Shown one piece after another: positions 51,331-64,000 of a stretch of 64,000 nucleotides of DNA. Each line of letters begins with the position of its first letter. Position 1 is the stretch's first letter. The notes under the pieces were generated by a model that had not been told where the DNA came from, searched no databases, and saw only the letters and a program-made list of their open reading frames with translations. Made by a program: the position numbers and the translations under genes. The stretch comes from Vicugna vicugna (Eukaryota): contig MU057640.1 in the NCBI GenBank assembly GCA_013265495.1, forward strand, positions 2,009,405 to 2,073,404. Direction: 5' to 3'.

Positions 51331-51831
51331 GGGCAGTTTAGATCCAGTAGTGTGACTCAGCGCTGTCATCACCAGCTCATCTACTGCCCCGGGGTTCCAT
51401 CCGTTTAACCTGGTGAATGACTAACAGGAGGAGCCTAGTCAGGATTCTTATCTTTACTTGGCTGTCTTGCTCATATGCTGTTGCAGCTCCTTGTGCTGTT
51501 GACCAGATAGACAGAATTAGGTTTTTTTGTCAACCCTGAGGACCAGAGGTAGGTCAGGGTGAATTTAGAAACAGAAGATATAGGGAGCCCACCCCCCAAC
51601 CAATATCCTGACAGATGTCCAGTATCTGCACCTCTCCACCCAGTTCCCTGCTGCCAGATGTCCCTGCTGTGTCACCTGTCCAGTTTTTCAAGCACTCCTG
51701 TATGATCTTGCTTACTGACTTTCCTAGAAAGGCCCCTTGTCAGTCCTCTGGGGCTATGACCAGACACTGTGTTTAGCTCATTTCCTTGAGAGCCTTCATC
51801 TAGAAAAGGCATTATTTTTACTGTTACACAG

Positions 51832-52295
51832 TATTGTGGGCAGAACTATGTCCTCTAAAAATAATACACTGAAGTTCTAACCTGTGACTGTGACCTTATT
51901 TGGAAATAGGGTCTTTGTATTCAAGTGAAGATGAGGTCCCGTGGGATGAGGACTGATCCTCATTCAACGACAGGTGTCTTTATAAGAAGAGGGAAATTTG
52001 CATATAGACACACAGTGGTGGGAATGCCATGGGAAGACAAGAGACAGACACACAGGGCAGATGACCAGTGAAGAGACTAGAGTTATGCTGCCCTGAGCCA
52101 GGGAACAGCCATCAGGAGCTGAAAGAGGCAAGGGAGGACTCTTCCTTACAGCCTTTGGAGGTAGAATGGCCATGGCCGACAGCTTGATTTTGGGCTCAAA
52201 TTCTTGCCTTCAGATCTGGGAAACAGTAAGTATCTGTTGTTTTAAGCCACCACATTTGTGTTCATTTGTTACAGCAGCTCTCAGAAACTAGCACA
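51832..52295 (+). mobile_element. MaLR solo LTR (MLT1-like)
   Basis: gtgaccttatttggaaatagggtctttg...tgttgttttaagccacc...tttgttacagcagctctcagaaactagcaca. Confidence 0.85.
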
Positions 52296-53309
52296 CACAG
52301 CTACACTTGTGCTTGTCACCCACTTTTTCAAAACTAAACGATATCTTGCTTTAGGGATGTCTACGCAGGTGGTAAAGTTACAAAGTGAAGTAAAGGGATG
52401 AGTAACAGCAGTCAGGATTGTGAGACGTCTAGGGAGAGGGCAAGGGATGTGATGGGGAGGGGCGCACAGAGCTTCTAAGGGACTGAGGGGGGGTCACATG
52501 GGTTTCATCTTTTTTTTGTTTTTAATCAGACATGTGTTTTAAACACTCTTGTGTGTGTATATATACTTGACAGTAAACTTTAAAAACTTTGCTACATCTA
52601 GCAAAACACAGCCCGCAAAACACAGCCCTCAAAACAGAATTAGACCTGCTGCTTGATCTAGGAGAGATGATGTGGAATCATTTGGACCAAATGAAGGCCT
52701 GGGGATGTGGGAGCCTGGGCACCAAGGTGATTTAGCAAATCAGAGCCCCTTGTGCTAATGGAGACAAATAGTAAATAAGAAATCTCAAAATGATAAATCA
52801 TCAAGCAAAGCTAAATTTACCACTAGGACACCTGGCAGAGCCTCCTCGGTTATGCCAAGCCTGGCCTCCAGCAGAATGCTACTCAATCAGACTCACGAAG
52901 CCCTATGTGGCCACCCTGGCCTGACTCATTTCTCCCTCTGCTGATCTCGCAGTGGATGGCCGTGAGGTCCTTTTAGGTGGTCCATGTTAAATAACATTGA
53001 ATCCCACAGGAAGTCATTCAACCCCCCTGCACTCATGGAGCACCATAATTCACTTTGGTGCTACTCTGCCTATCTTCCTCCCTAGCACTTCCAATCTTTT
53101 CTTTCCAGCAGAGGCGGCAAGCCTTAGACTCAGAACTTTGGCTAGTAGCAGGAGCTCCTGAAGTTGAATACACCTTTATTTTTGTTTTTGTTCCATTTAT
53201 TTGTGTAGGTGACCTAATATTAGGAGAATATTTGTTTTTTCCATTTATAAGAACGACATAAAATTTCTTCTCGTAATTTTTTAAAAGTCAATTTAAAGGA
53301 AAATATGAA

Positions 53310-53453
53310 GGGGGAGGCTATAGCTCAGTGGGAGAGTGTGTGCTTAGGCATACACACGGTCCTGGGTTCAATCCCCAGTCCCTCCGTTAAAATAAATAAA
53401 CCTAATTACCTTCCCCCAAAATAAATAAAGAAAAATAATAAAGAAAAAATTAA
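53310..53453 (+). mobile_element. tRNA-derived SINE (Vic-1-like), sense orientation
   Basis: ggggaggctatagctcagtgg (A box)...gggttcaatcccc (B box)...aaataaataaa tail. Confidence 0.88.
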
Positions 53454-54350
53454 GTAAATGATATATAGGTGGTGTCCTGATCTAGAAATAGTGTGATGGG
53501 GTTACTGGGGTTTGGAAAAATGATTATCTTACTGTTGGCGTAAAACATGGGCCTTTAACTGACCTGACACTCAGTTTTGTTATGTATCTTTCCATGTAGC
53601 ACATAGAGGGCCCTTAAGGGCAGAATCTCTAGCTTGTGTCCCCCTGCCCCTCCTGACACCAGCAGGCTATGTTGGTCACTAGTAATCCTGGCTAAAGTTT
53701 TCCTCTTTGTCCAGTCTCATTGTCTTGTCTGGTACCCACCCAGCTCCCCTTAGTGCCTCAAGAGTGCATAACGTTGGAGGGATGCCCCCTGGCCCCCAGC
53801 AACAATAGAATGGGGAAGTGGATAGTCTGAGAAGATGCACAGATACGCCTTCAGTGAAATAAGTGACCAGTGACGGGTCAGTTCTTTCAGAGAGCCTGGT
53901 CCTCTGCTCGAATCCTGGAGGGAAATGATGAGACACATACATGCAGCACTTGAGAATGATTTAAAGAAGCGCATCACGTTAGACTGTGTGGTACCAGTTT
54001 TGGGTGCTGAAGGAATTCATCACAAGAATGGAGAGCAGTGAAGACTAGTTAATTATTGACAGTTCTAGGGATCCGGTGCTGAGCCTTAGAGATGTATGGG
54101 ATTCCTTTCTGGGTTCCTTTCTGTCTTCTGGGTGGCACAGTGTGCCAAGAGAGGGCTCCCTTTGGAGCTCATCTCCATCCCTCACTAACTGTGAGTGATG
54201 GACTTAACCTTTCTGTGTCTGCTTCAGCCTGGGTGAAATGGGAAAATCATTATGCCTGCTTCATAGGGTTGATTTAAAGATTAATTAACTAAGGTGATAT
54301 GTGTGAAGCCCTTTATCTACATCATGTAAAGAGCATCGCGCCACTTGAGG

Positions 54351-56693
54351 CAGGTACCTTGGAGATATTGCGGGTTTGGTTCCAGACCACTGCAATCAAG
54401 TGAGTATCCCAGGAAAGCAAGTCACATGAGTTTGTTTGTTTCCTAGTACATATAAAAGTTATGTATTCACTACATCGTAGTCTACTGAGTGTGCCATAGC
54501 GTTGCATCTTAAAAAACAACGTATCTTAATTTAAATATTCTTTATGGATTAAAAAAAAAGCTAACCATCATCTGAGCCTTCGGTGAATTGTAATATTTTT
54601 GCTGGTGGAGGGTTTTGCGTCAGTGTTGATGGTTGCTGACTGATCAGGGTGGCGGTTGCTGAAAGTTGGGGTGACTGTGGCAATTTCTCAGAATAAGACA
54701 ACCATGAAGTTTGCCACATCAGTTGATGTTTCTTTTCACAGACAATTTGTCTGTAGCATGCAGTGCTTTTTGGTATCATTTTACCCGCAGTAGAACTCCT
54801 TTGAAATTGGAATCAGTCCTCTCAAACCCTCCAGCTGCTTTATCAACTGAGTTTATGTAACATTCTGAATCTTTTGTCATTTCAGCAGTCTTTGCCAGGA
54901 GTAGATACCATCTCCAGAAACCACTGTCTTTGCTCATCCATTAAGAAGCAACTCTTCATTTGCTAAAGTTGTGTCATGAGACCACAGCAGTCTACCCACG
55001 TCCTTAGGCTCCACTTCTAATTCTAGTTGCTGTTTCCACCACATCTGTAGTTGCCTCCTCCATTCAAGTCTTGAACTGTGCAAAGTCATCCGTGAGGATT
55101 GGAACCAACTTCTTTTAGACTCCTGTTAACATTGATATTTTGAACATTGTGGATGTTCTTAATGGCATCTGGAATGGTGAAGCCTTTCCAGAAGGTTTTT
55201 AATTGACTTTGCTCAGATTCATCAGAGAAGTCACTATCTATGGCAGCTACAGCCTTAAGAAATGTGTTTCTTAAATAGTAAGACTTGAAAGTTGAAGTTG
55301 CTCCTTGGTCTGCAGAATGGATGTTGTGTTATAAACATGAAAACAACATTCATCTCATTGCACATCTCCATCAGAGCTCTCGGGTGACCAGGTACATTGT
55401 CAATGAGCAGTAATATTTTGAAAGCAATCTTTTTTCTGAGCAGTAGATCTCAACAGTGGGTTTTAAATATTCAGTAAACCATGTTATAAACAGACGCATT
55501 GTCATCCAGGCTTTGTTATTCTGTTTAGAGAGCACAGGCAGAGTAGCTTTAGCATTATTCCTAAGGGCCCTAGGATTTTGGTGGTGGTAAATGAGCACTG
55601 GCTTCAACTTCAAGTCACCAGCTGCATTAGCCCCTAACGAAGGAATTAGCCTGCCTTTTGAAGCTTTAAAGTGAGGCATTGACTTCTCTCTAGCTACTAA
55701 AGTCCTAGGTGGCATATTCTTCCAATAGAAGGCATCTTCTTCCAATAGAAGGCTGTTTCGTCTACACTGAAAATCTGTTTACTGTAGCCCTTTCATGAAT
55801 GATCTTAGCCAGACCTTCTGGATAACTTGCAGCTTCTACATCAAAACTTGCTAGCTCACCTTGTACTTTTATGTGATGGAGATGACTTCTTTCCTTAAAC
55901 CTCATGAACCAACCTCTGCTAGCTTCAGAGTGTTTTTCTGCAGCTCCCTCACCTCTCTCAGCCTTCATAGATTTGAAGAGAGTAGGGCCTCGCTCTGGAT
56001 TAGGCTTTGGCTTAAGGGAATGTTGTGGCTGTTTGATCTTCTATCCAGAGCACTGAAACTCTCCATATCAGCAGTAAGGCTGTTTTGCCTTATTGTTTGT
56101 GTGTTCACTGGAGGAGCACTTTTAATTTCCTTCAAGAACTTTTCCTTTGCATTCACAACTTGGCTAACTGGTACAGAAGGCTTAGCTTTTGGCCTGTCTC
56201 TGCTTTTGACATGCCTTCCTCACTAAGATGGATCATTTCTAGCTTTTGATTTAAAGTGAGAGAATTCTGCTGGAACACTCAGAGGCCATTTTAGGGTTAT
56301 TAATTGGCCTAATTCCAATATCATTGTGTCTCAGGGGATAGGGAGGCCCAAGGAGAGGGAGAGAGAACAGGTCAGCAGAGCAGTCAGAACACACACATTT
56401 ACCAGCTGAGTTCACCGTCTTACATGGGCATGGTTCGTGGCCCCCCAGAACAACTATGACAGTTAACATCAAGGATCGCTGATCACAGATCACCATAGCA
56501 AACATAATAATAATGAAAAAGAGAATTACCAGATGTGACACAGAGACGGGAAGTGAGCAAACGCTGTTAGAAAATAGCACCAATAGACTTGCTCAATACG
56601 AGGTTGCCACAAACTTTCAATTTGTATTAAAAAAAAAAAAGCAACATAGGCAAAACATAATAAAGTGAAGTGTGATAAAACGAGGTATGCCTG
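54351..56693 (-). mobile_element. Near full-length Tigger1 (pogo/TcMar) DNA transposon with decayed transposase
   Basis: Minus strand begins CAGGCATACCTCGTTTTAT; other end CAGGTACCTTGGAGATATTGCGG; fragments [23 protein letters not shown] (CENP-B-type HTH region) and FYWKNMPPRT...LGANAAGDLKLKPVLIYH (DDE_1-type region); ~2.34 kb. Confidence 0.93.
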
Positions 56694-57589
56694 CATGTAG
56701 TGAGTGATCAATAATGGGCAGCTCTCATTATTAATTAATCAACCATTCTATTTATTTACACAGTAAAAATTTACTACATGGTTATTATATGTCAGGGACT
56801 GCCAGGGTTCTCAAGAGCCCCATGGTTTCCATTTACGTACGAGACACTTAATCATAATAGTAGTAATGACAGCTGTAATGTCCTGAGTGCCTGTGTGTGT
56901 CAGGCACTGTGCTGGGTGCTTCATTATTGGATCACCTTTCAACTTTGTCCCCATTTTATAGAAATGGGAATAGAGATGCAGAGTTTATGAAACTTGCCCA
57001 GGCTCACGTGGAAAGTGTCCTGCCTGGGATTTATAGATAGTCTGCCCTTTGTTTCCCTGTTCCTTACTGACTTTTGTTATATCCCAGACTGAACTTGGCT
57101 TCCTTGAATGGGCTTTGTCTCTTAACTTCTCCGTCAGGGGCACCACCATTCTACTTGTCACCCTTGTGTGAAAGGCAGGAGATATCTTCCTTCTCTGTTG
57201 AAGCCCGTATATCTGGTTAATCACTAGCTTTTTAGTTCAAATGCATCTTTTCCTCTCTGTTCTTCTTATCCTGGCAAGGCCCCCCTTGACTTGGGTTTGT
57301 TATTTTTCAGCATTTGTTCCACTCCGCACCCCCACATGAGAGGGGAGGTCTACACAGTACACTTTCATAGACTTCCCCAGATTTTGAGACAACATCCTTA
57401 AGTTTTCTAAGAAGTAAAGCATCATAGTTTGTTATCACTGCAGTTCTTTGTTAGTGGTAGAAGCTTAGAATGGGTTCATGGCAGTGGGTACAGATAAGCA
57501 AGCTACTGTGAATATAACCTTTCTCTCCTACCTCAGAGAACTTGTCTGGAAAGAACTGTGCTCCATTCTGTTTTAAAAAGTAAAGCCTT

Positions 57590-58750
57590 CCCCTTTAACA
57601 AACAGGGCAAATTGGATATCCACATGCAAAAGAATAATGTTGGGCCCCTGTCTCGTACTTTGATATACAAAATTTAAGAATGGAAAATGACTTAAATATG
57701 AGAGCTGAAACCATAATACTCTTAGAAGAAAACAGAGGCAAATCGTCATGAACTTAGATTTGGCAGTTCTTTGAAATTACATCAAAAGTGTGAGCAACAA
57801 AAAGAAAAATAAAGTGGACTTCATCTAAATTAGAAGCTTTTGTGCATCAAAGGCCATTATCGAGTAAGTAAAAAGACAGTCTACAGAGAGGGGAAAATAT
57901 TTGCGAATCACATATTTGAAAGAACTCATAACTCGGCAGCAAAATGACAACAGACATTTCTCCAGAGATTCATACAAAGACCAACAAACAAGTGAAAAGA
58001 TGCTCAACTCTTTAGTCTTTAGGGAAATGCAAATCAAGGCCACACGAAGATACCACTTCACATCTACTAAAATGTCTATAAGAAGAAGAAAAAGGAAAAT
58101 AATATGGTGAGGTTATGGAGAAATTGGAATGTAAAGCAGTTCAGCTGCTGTGGAAAATAGTTTGGTGATTCCTCAAAAATTTCAACGTAGAATTACCGTA
58201 TAACCTAGTAATTCCACTCCCAGGTGTACATCCTAGGGAACTGAAAACAGGTACTCAAACAGATGTATGTGCACACGTGCTCACAGCAGCAGATGCACGA
58301 TAACCAACGGGTGGAAACAACTCAAATGTCTGTCAGTGGATAGAGGGGAAAACACATTGTGGTATATACATACCATGGACTATCATTCAGTCTCAAAAAG
58401 GAATAGAGTACTGGTATGAGCGACAGTGTGGATGAACCTTGGAATCACTGTGCGGAGTGAAATAGCCAGATGTGACACATATTGTATGATTCCATTTACA
58501 TGAAATACCCAGAACAGGTAAATCGGTAGAGATAGAAAGCCAACCGGTGGTTGCCAGAGGCTGGAAAGAGGGGGAGAAGGGGAATAATTGCTTAATGGGT
58601 GTGGCGTTTCCTTTTGGGGGGTGATGAAGATGTTTTGGCACTAGATAGAGGTGGTGGTTGTACAACACTGTGAGTGCTAAGTGCTGTTGATTTGTTCACT
58701 TCAAAATGGTTCATTCTGTGTTACGTGAATTTCATCTCAATTGAAAAATT
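57590..58750 (+). mobile_element. Old L1 (L1MB/MC-like) ORF2 end + 3' UTR
   Basis: REMQIKATRRYHFTS remnant; ggaaaatagtttgg, caactcaaatgtc and gatgaaccttgga motifs; 3' UTR ending atttcatctcaat. Confidence 0.85.
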
Positions 58751-60704
58751 CTGAAAAAATTTGTTGCTTCACTTGTTAATAGTAATACATCCTTGGGAGA
58801 TACCAGGGTACCAGTATTTCAGGACACTGTTCTTGAGACTCATTGCCTGTAACCGTCTGCCAGGATGACTAGCTGCCAGGATTACACCCTCTCCTCTTTG
58901 CTCAGGGCAGGACCCCTAGGCCAGGGATTTCTAACTCAGAAACCCTCAGGGGCCCAGCCTGTTGGAATGAGATCAGCTGGATGCCAGGCAGCAGGGAGTA
59001 GTGGAGACTGGGTAGAACTAGGCTGGACCTGCCCTGTGTAAAGGCATTCTAATGTAGACAGACTGCCCTGAGCTGATCCTTGCCCCACCTCCATCTTTCT
59101 GCCATCCCTCTTAAGCCATCTGACAGACTAATAATGTATTTTAAAGATCATCTTCATCCTGCCATTCCACTTCTAAATACCAGTTTCCTCTAAGAGAAAC
59201 TTCTGTGTCTTCCCTTCCCAGCAGAGACTCTGAGAAGACTCAGCTGGATGCATACAGCATCGTTAGAGTGGTGTCCTCTTCCCACTGCACCCTGTCCCAG
59301 CCACCTGGAGGTCTGGAGTGACGGGGCTGAACCCCACTGGAGGTGTAAGGGGAAGGGCTCCCTCTGAATCTCCCATTTAAGGGCGGCTTGGTTGCCCTGG
59401 CTGCAGAGGGAATAGGGGGTTCCTGTGGCGCCACTTTCCCGGCAGTCCCAGTGTGTCTTCGTCTATTCTCTGCCCGCAGTGGAGGGGAGAGAGACACAGA
59501 AGTATCTGGCAAGATTTTTGTTATTAGATGAGATGTAGAAAGTTGGGTTTTTTGGTTTTTAATCTGCCCAAACATTCAGAGGCCTGGGCCCATTCAGAGG
59601 GGTGTCGGCGAAGTGGGGAGAGGGTGTGGAGGAAGCAGGCTTAGTCCACTGGATCTGGGGAGCAGCTGGCACTTTTCTGCTTCCAGCCCTGTAGTTGTTT
59701 GCAGTCCCTCTTTATGCTGGCTTTCTGGGAAGCACGCAGGACAGAGAGGTCTGTGGCCCAGGTCCTTTCATTATGTAACAGTTCAGGGGATATTTGCTGG
59801 GGCGGGGTCTGGGGGCAGGAGGAGAGTACAGTTGTGTGACTTGAGGGACCTGCCTTAGGCTCTTGCCCTAAAATCTGCCTCCCCACTCCCGCTCTCCCTG
59901 TTTAGACCTACACAGCGGAGAGAGCCTTCCTCCATTCCCTGAAATCCTGTGTTCACAGCTGTGAATCTCAGGTGGCTCAGTGTCTGGCCCACGAGCGGAC
60001 GTGCCGGCACAGGGCCTTTGGAACCGTCCGACTTGTGAGCACGGAGGCTTGGTTCCCACGTGCCCTGGGAGCTTGCTTGCTGCCCACTCAGGCAGGGTTC
60101 CGGGGCTTAGCTTACAGCGCTGTAGTCGGTGAGCATTTCTGCGCTTTTGAGGGAGACTGGCTCCCACCAGGGCACCCTTATTGCCGGAACCGTCATGTGG
60201 GCGAGGTGGCTGCCTCACCTGCTGTCCTGGGAGAGCCAGGATGGCTCCCACACTGCAGAGCTTCGGCGCTGGAACATAGGGTTCTGGGCCCAGAGTGTGA
60301 CGAGTTTGGTGTGCTGCTTCCTCCTTCCCAGGCCACGTTCACAGAACATGGTGAGCACCTACGTGCATGTGCCCTGTGACCTCCCAGCCTGTCAGCCATT
60401 CTCAACGAGTGGCAGCGAGTTCCTGGATTAAGGGGAAATCTCTGTGCCCCAAAGACATGCTTTCTTGGAACTTTAAATAAAGCAACTTGGAGAGGTTCAT
60501 GGAAACTGTCCAGACACTGCCAACAGACACAGGCACTATTGGTGCAAGTACAGCGTGCACCTCCATTCTCTGTGGTCTGAGCGGTTAGAGCCCAGGGGCG
60601 CCTGGAAGACAGGAAGCCCCAGCAGCCGCTCCTCAGAAGAGTCAGCTGTGACGCCACAGCTCTTCCTGCGCAGGCTGCGAGTGGGCCACGTGGCGTCATG
60701 GTAA

Positions 60705-60905
60705 CAGAAGGCTCTTGAGTCAGACTGCCTGGGTTTGGGTCCAGCTTCTTAGTTGAGTGTCCTTGGAAGATGTATTTCGTGATACTGTATCTCCATTTCC
60801 TCATCTGTAAACAGGGATGGCAATGGTACCCACCTTGTAAAGTGGTTGTGAGGGTTAAAGATAATGCCTGTAAAATACTCGGCACAAAGATGGGTGCTTC
60901 ATGGG
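60705..60905 (+). mobile_element. MIR
   Basis: gagtcagactgcctgggttt...catttcctcatctgtaaa...gttgtgagggttaaagataatgcctgtaaa. Confidence 0.75.
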
Positions 60906-61020
60906 TGTTGGAGGATGATGGCTCCCTCTGTCCACGCATGGTCGCCATGGGGTGGAGCCCGCAGGAGAGGACGAGAGGATGGCAGGAGGGCTCTGTGTCT
61001 GGTGGTCTCCCTGTGATTAA

Positions 61021-61242
<222 letters not shown>

Positions 61243-62057
61243 TAAGGTCCAAAGGCGCAGGGTCAGCGTCCCTCAACCCTATTTTGGCTGCACAGATGCT
61301 TCAAGACTTGGAGTACAGAGTTTGCACGGAATCCCAGGCACCCCAAGTAGGTCTACGTGACCCTTCAGAGCAATCTACACTCTTTCCCACATTGCCAAAA
61401 GACAGTTTCTAATGTCTTCAACTACCACAAGTCCCTCCAGTGCTGTGGCAGATACCACCTCTGTGTGGGCCCCTTTGTGTAGGTGATTGCTCCCTAGGAA
61501 AGACCATTGGGTTCTAGGGGCAATGTGTACTGACCTGTAGGGTGGGGAGGGTACCCAGTCACTCCTGGAGACCTTCCCCAAGGTCACCCTGGCTTTCTTA
61601 GCAACAGTGGCTGTTACCGCTGGGCTTGTTCTCCCTAGAAGTGCTTCAGCTGGTGATTATTCTTTGTGCTGTCTCTTTTTTCTTGATGGGCTGAAAATTA
61701 CCCTTTCCAGTTATCCAGGTAAGCTTTTAGTCAAGGCTCCATCTTATCTGTTGAACATTGATATAGAAATGGGAAAGATAGGGCTCAAGCATGCACCCAG
61801 AACTGCAGAGTCAAAGATTAGACCAACCATCCCCTTAGTAAACGTCAGCCCAAGAGGTCCCGAGGACATGCATCTGAAAATCCTGTTCCCACTGATGGGA
61901 GGATGGGCATCTACAGAGGACGCATCCCATGGCTGTGGGACAGTAGCATCGCCTTGGTATACAGAAGACAGGCCTGGAGATTATTGTTGTATTTCATCTA
62001 TGAAGTGGCTGCTTCCTCCATGTGTTGTAAAGTGAGCTTGTGTATGTGTGTATTTTA

Positions 62058-63975
62058 AATAACAGCTTTATTGAGATATTATTCATATACCATAAAGGTC
62101 ACCTTTTAAAATGTATAAGCCAACGGTTTGTGGTAAAGTTACAAAATTTTACACTAATCATCGTTGTTACTAGTTTCTTAAGGCAGCTGTAACGAATTAC
62201 CATAAACCTCGTGGCTTAAAACAATGGAGATGTGCAGTCCAGAGGCCAGAAGTCTGAAACAGGTGTCGGCAGGGCCGCATTCCCTCCAGAGACTCAAGGG
62301 CAGGTTCTCGTCCAAATAAGGAGTCAGGGTATTAGGAGATGGACATACCTCTTCAGGGCCACCATTCAACCCATGACAACCACTAGCGATTTCCAGAATA
62401 TTTTTATCACCCAACAAACTCCCAATACCTATCAGCAGTCATTCCCCAGTACCCTCTACCCTTACTGCTACCCCTGCAAAACCACTAATTTACTTTCTGT
62501 CTCTATAGATTTGCCTATTCTGGACATTTCATGTAAATGGAATTATGCATACAGTATATGGTCTTGTGTGACTGGCTTCTTTCATTCAGCATAATGATTT
62601 CAAGGCTCACGTATGTTGTGGCATATGCCAGAACTTCGTTTTTTTAAATAGCTGAATAATATTCGATTGTATGGATGTACCACAATTTGTCTATCCATTC
62701 ATTAGGTGATGGAAGTTTAGGTTGTTTCCCTTTTTGTCTAACGTGAATAATGCTGCTATGGACCAGTATTTTTGTGAACAGATGTTTTCAGTTCTCTTGG
62801 GTATATACCTAGGAGTGAAAATTCTGAGTCATATAGTAGTTCTGTATTTAACCTTTTGAGGAACTGCCAAACAGTCTTTTACCACAGCCATGCCATTTTA
62901 CATTACCATTACAATGCATGAGGGTTCCAGTTTCTCCACATCTTCTCAACACTTGTTATTTTTGACTATAGCCATCCTAGTGGATGTGAAGTGGTATCTC
63001 ATTGTGGTTTTGATTTGTATTTCCCTAATGACTAATGATGTTGAGCATCTTTTCATGTGCTTATTGGCCATTTGTATATCTTCTCTGAACAAATGTTTAT
63101 TCAAATCTTTTGCCATTTTAAAAATTGGATTGTATATCCTTCCATTTGTACACTGGAAGAGTTCTTTATATATTCTGGATACAGGTCCCTTATCAGCTGT
63201 ATGATTTGCAAATATTTTCTCCCATTCTGTGGGTTTTCTTTTTACTTTCTTGATGGTAAGCTTTGAAACACAAGCATCTTTAATTTTGTTGAAGTCCAGT
63301 TTATCTGTTTTTTCTTAGATTGCTTGTGCTTTGGTTGCCATATCCAAGAAACCAAGGTTGTTAAGTTTTATACCTGTGTTTTCTTCTAAGAGTTTTGTAA
63401 TTTTAGCTCTTATATATAGGTCTTTGTTCCATTTTGATTTAATCTTTGTGGTCGGAGGTAGGGGTCCAACTTCATTCTTTTGCATGTGGCTCTCTAATTG
63501 CCCCTGTACCATTTGTTTAAAAGGCTATTTTTTTCCTCATTGAATTGTCTCAGCACCCTTGTCAGAAAGCAGATTACCTCAAATGTGAGGGTTTATTTCT
63601 GGACTCTCAATTCTACTCCATTGATCCATGTGTCTACTCTAATGCCAGCACCACCTGTTTTAAGAACCTTAGCGTTGTGTTAAGTTTGAAATTAGGACGT
63701 GTGAATCTTCCAATTTTATTCTTTTTCAAGATGATTTTGGCTATTCTGGGTCTCTCGAATTTCCATATGAATTTTAAGGTCATTTTGTCAATTTCTGAAA
63801 AATAGGCAGCTGGGATTTTGATAGGGATTGTGTTAAATCTATCAGTCACTTTGGGAAATACTGCTATCTAAATAGTAAATCTTCCAATCCATGAACATGG
63901 GATATCTTTCTATTTATTTAGACCTCCTTTAATTTCTTTCAGTGATGTTTTGTTACTTCTGTATATTGAATCTTA
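62058..63975 (-). mobile_element. L1 (L1MB-like) 3' region, interrupted by an MLT fragment
   Basis: ORF2 remnants RFNTIPIKIPAAYFSEIDKMTLKFIWKFERPRIAKIILKKNKIG and KIKSKWNKDL...KLLEENTG. Confidence 0.9.
62165..62378 (-). mobile_element. MaLR LTR (MLT1-like), internally deleted, nested in L1
   Basis: tgttactagtttcttaaggcagctgtaac...ggcttaaaacaa...ggccagaagtctgaa...ccaccattcaacccatgaca. Confidence 0.75.
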
Positions 63976-64000
63976 TTTCACCACACATTAATTACAGGGT

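Noticed and set aside
45595..53453. Inverted SINE pair as a dsRNA/editing or circularisation element
   Set aside because: Short, diverged, ~7.6 kb apart and within the same intron, so they flank no identified exon.

Overview
Mammalian genomic DNA, most likely a camelid (inferred from eight copies of a tRNA-derived SINE resembling the camelid Vic-1 family). The window holds the CpG-island promoter and first three coding exons of MAP3K9 (MLK1) on the + strand: exon 1 (poly-Glu + SH3, CDS 17228-17627), exon 2 (24086-24499) and exon 3 (61061-61241). They splice in frame at GT-AG sites and the gene continues beyond the window. The rest is intergenic/intronic DNA rich in transposon relics: a truncated gamma-like (ERV1) provirus (5' LTR, tRNA-Thr-like PBS, decayed gag), two solo LTRs with 4-bp TSDs, a near full-length Tigger1, L1/L2/MIR/MLT fragments and SINEs. 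I see no evidence of a wholly new gene system. The best leads are an LTR with 8 phased CCAAT boxes plus 2 octamer motifs, an overlapping upstream ORF spanning MAP3K9 exon 1, an exon 2 whose back-splice would create an in-frame AUG on a stop-free circle, and unusual L1 insertion structures. Repeat family names are from recognition only, not database searches, and boundaries of old repeats are approximate.
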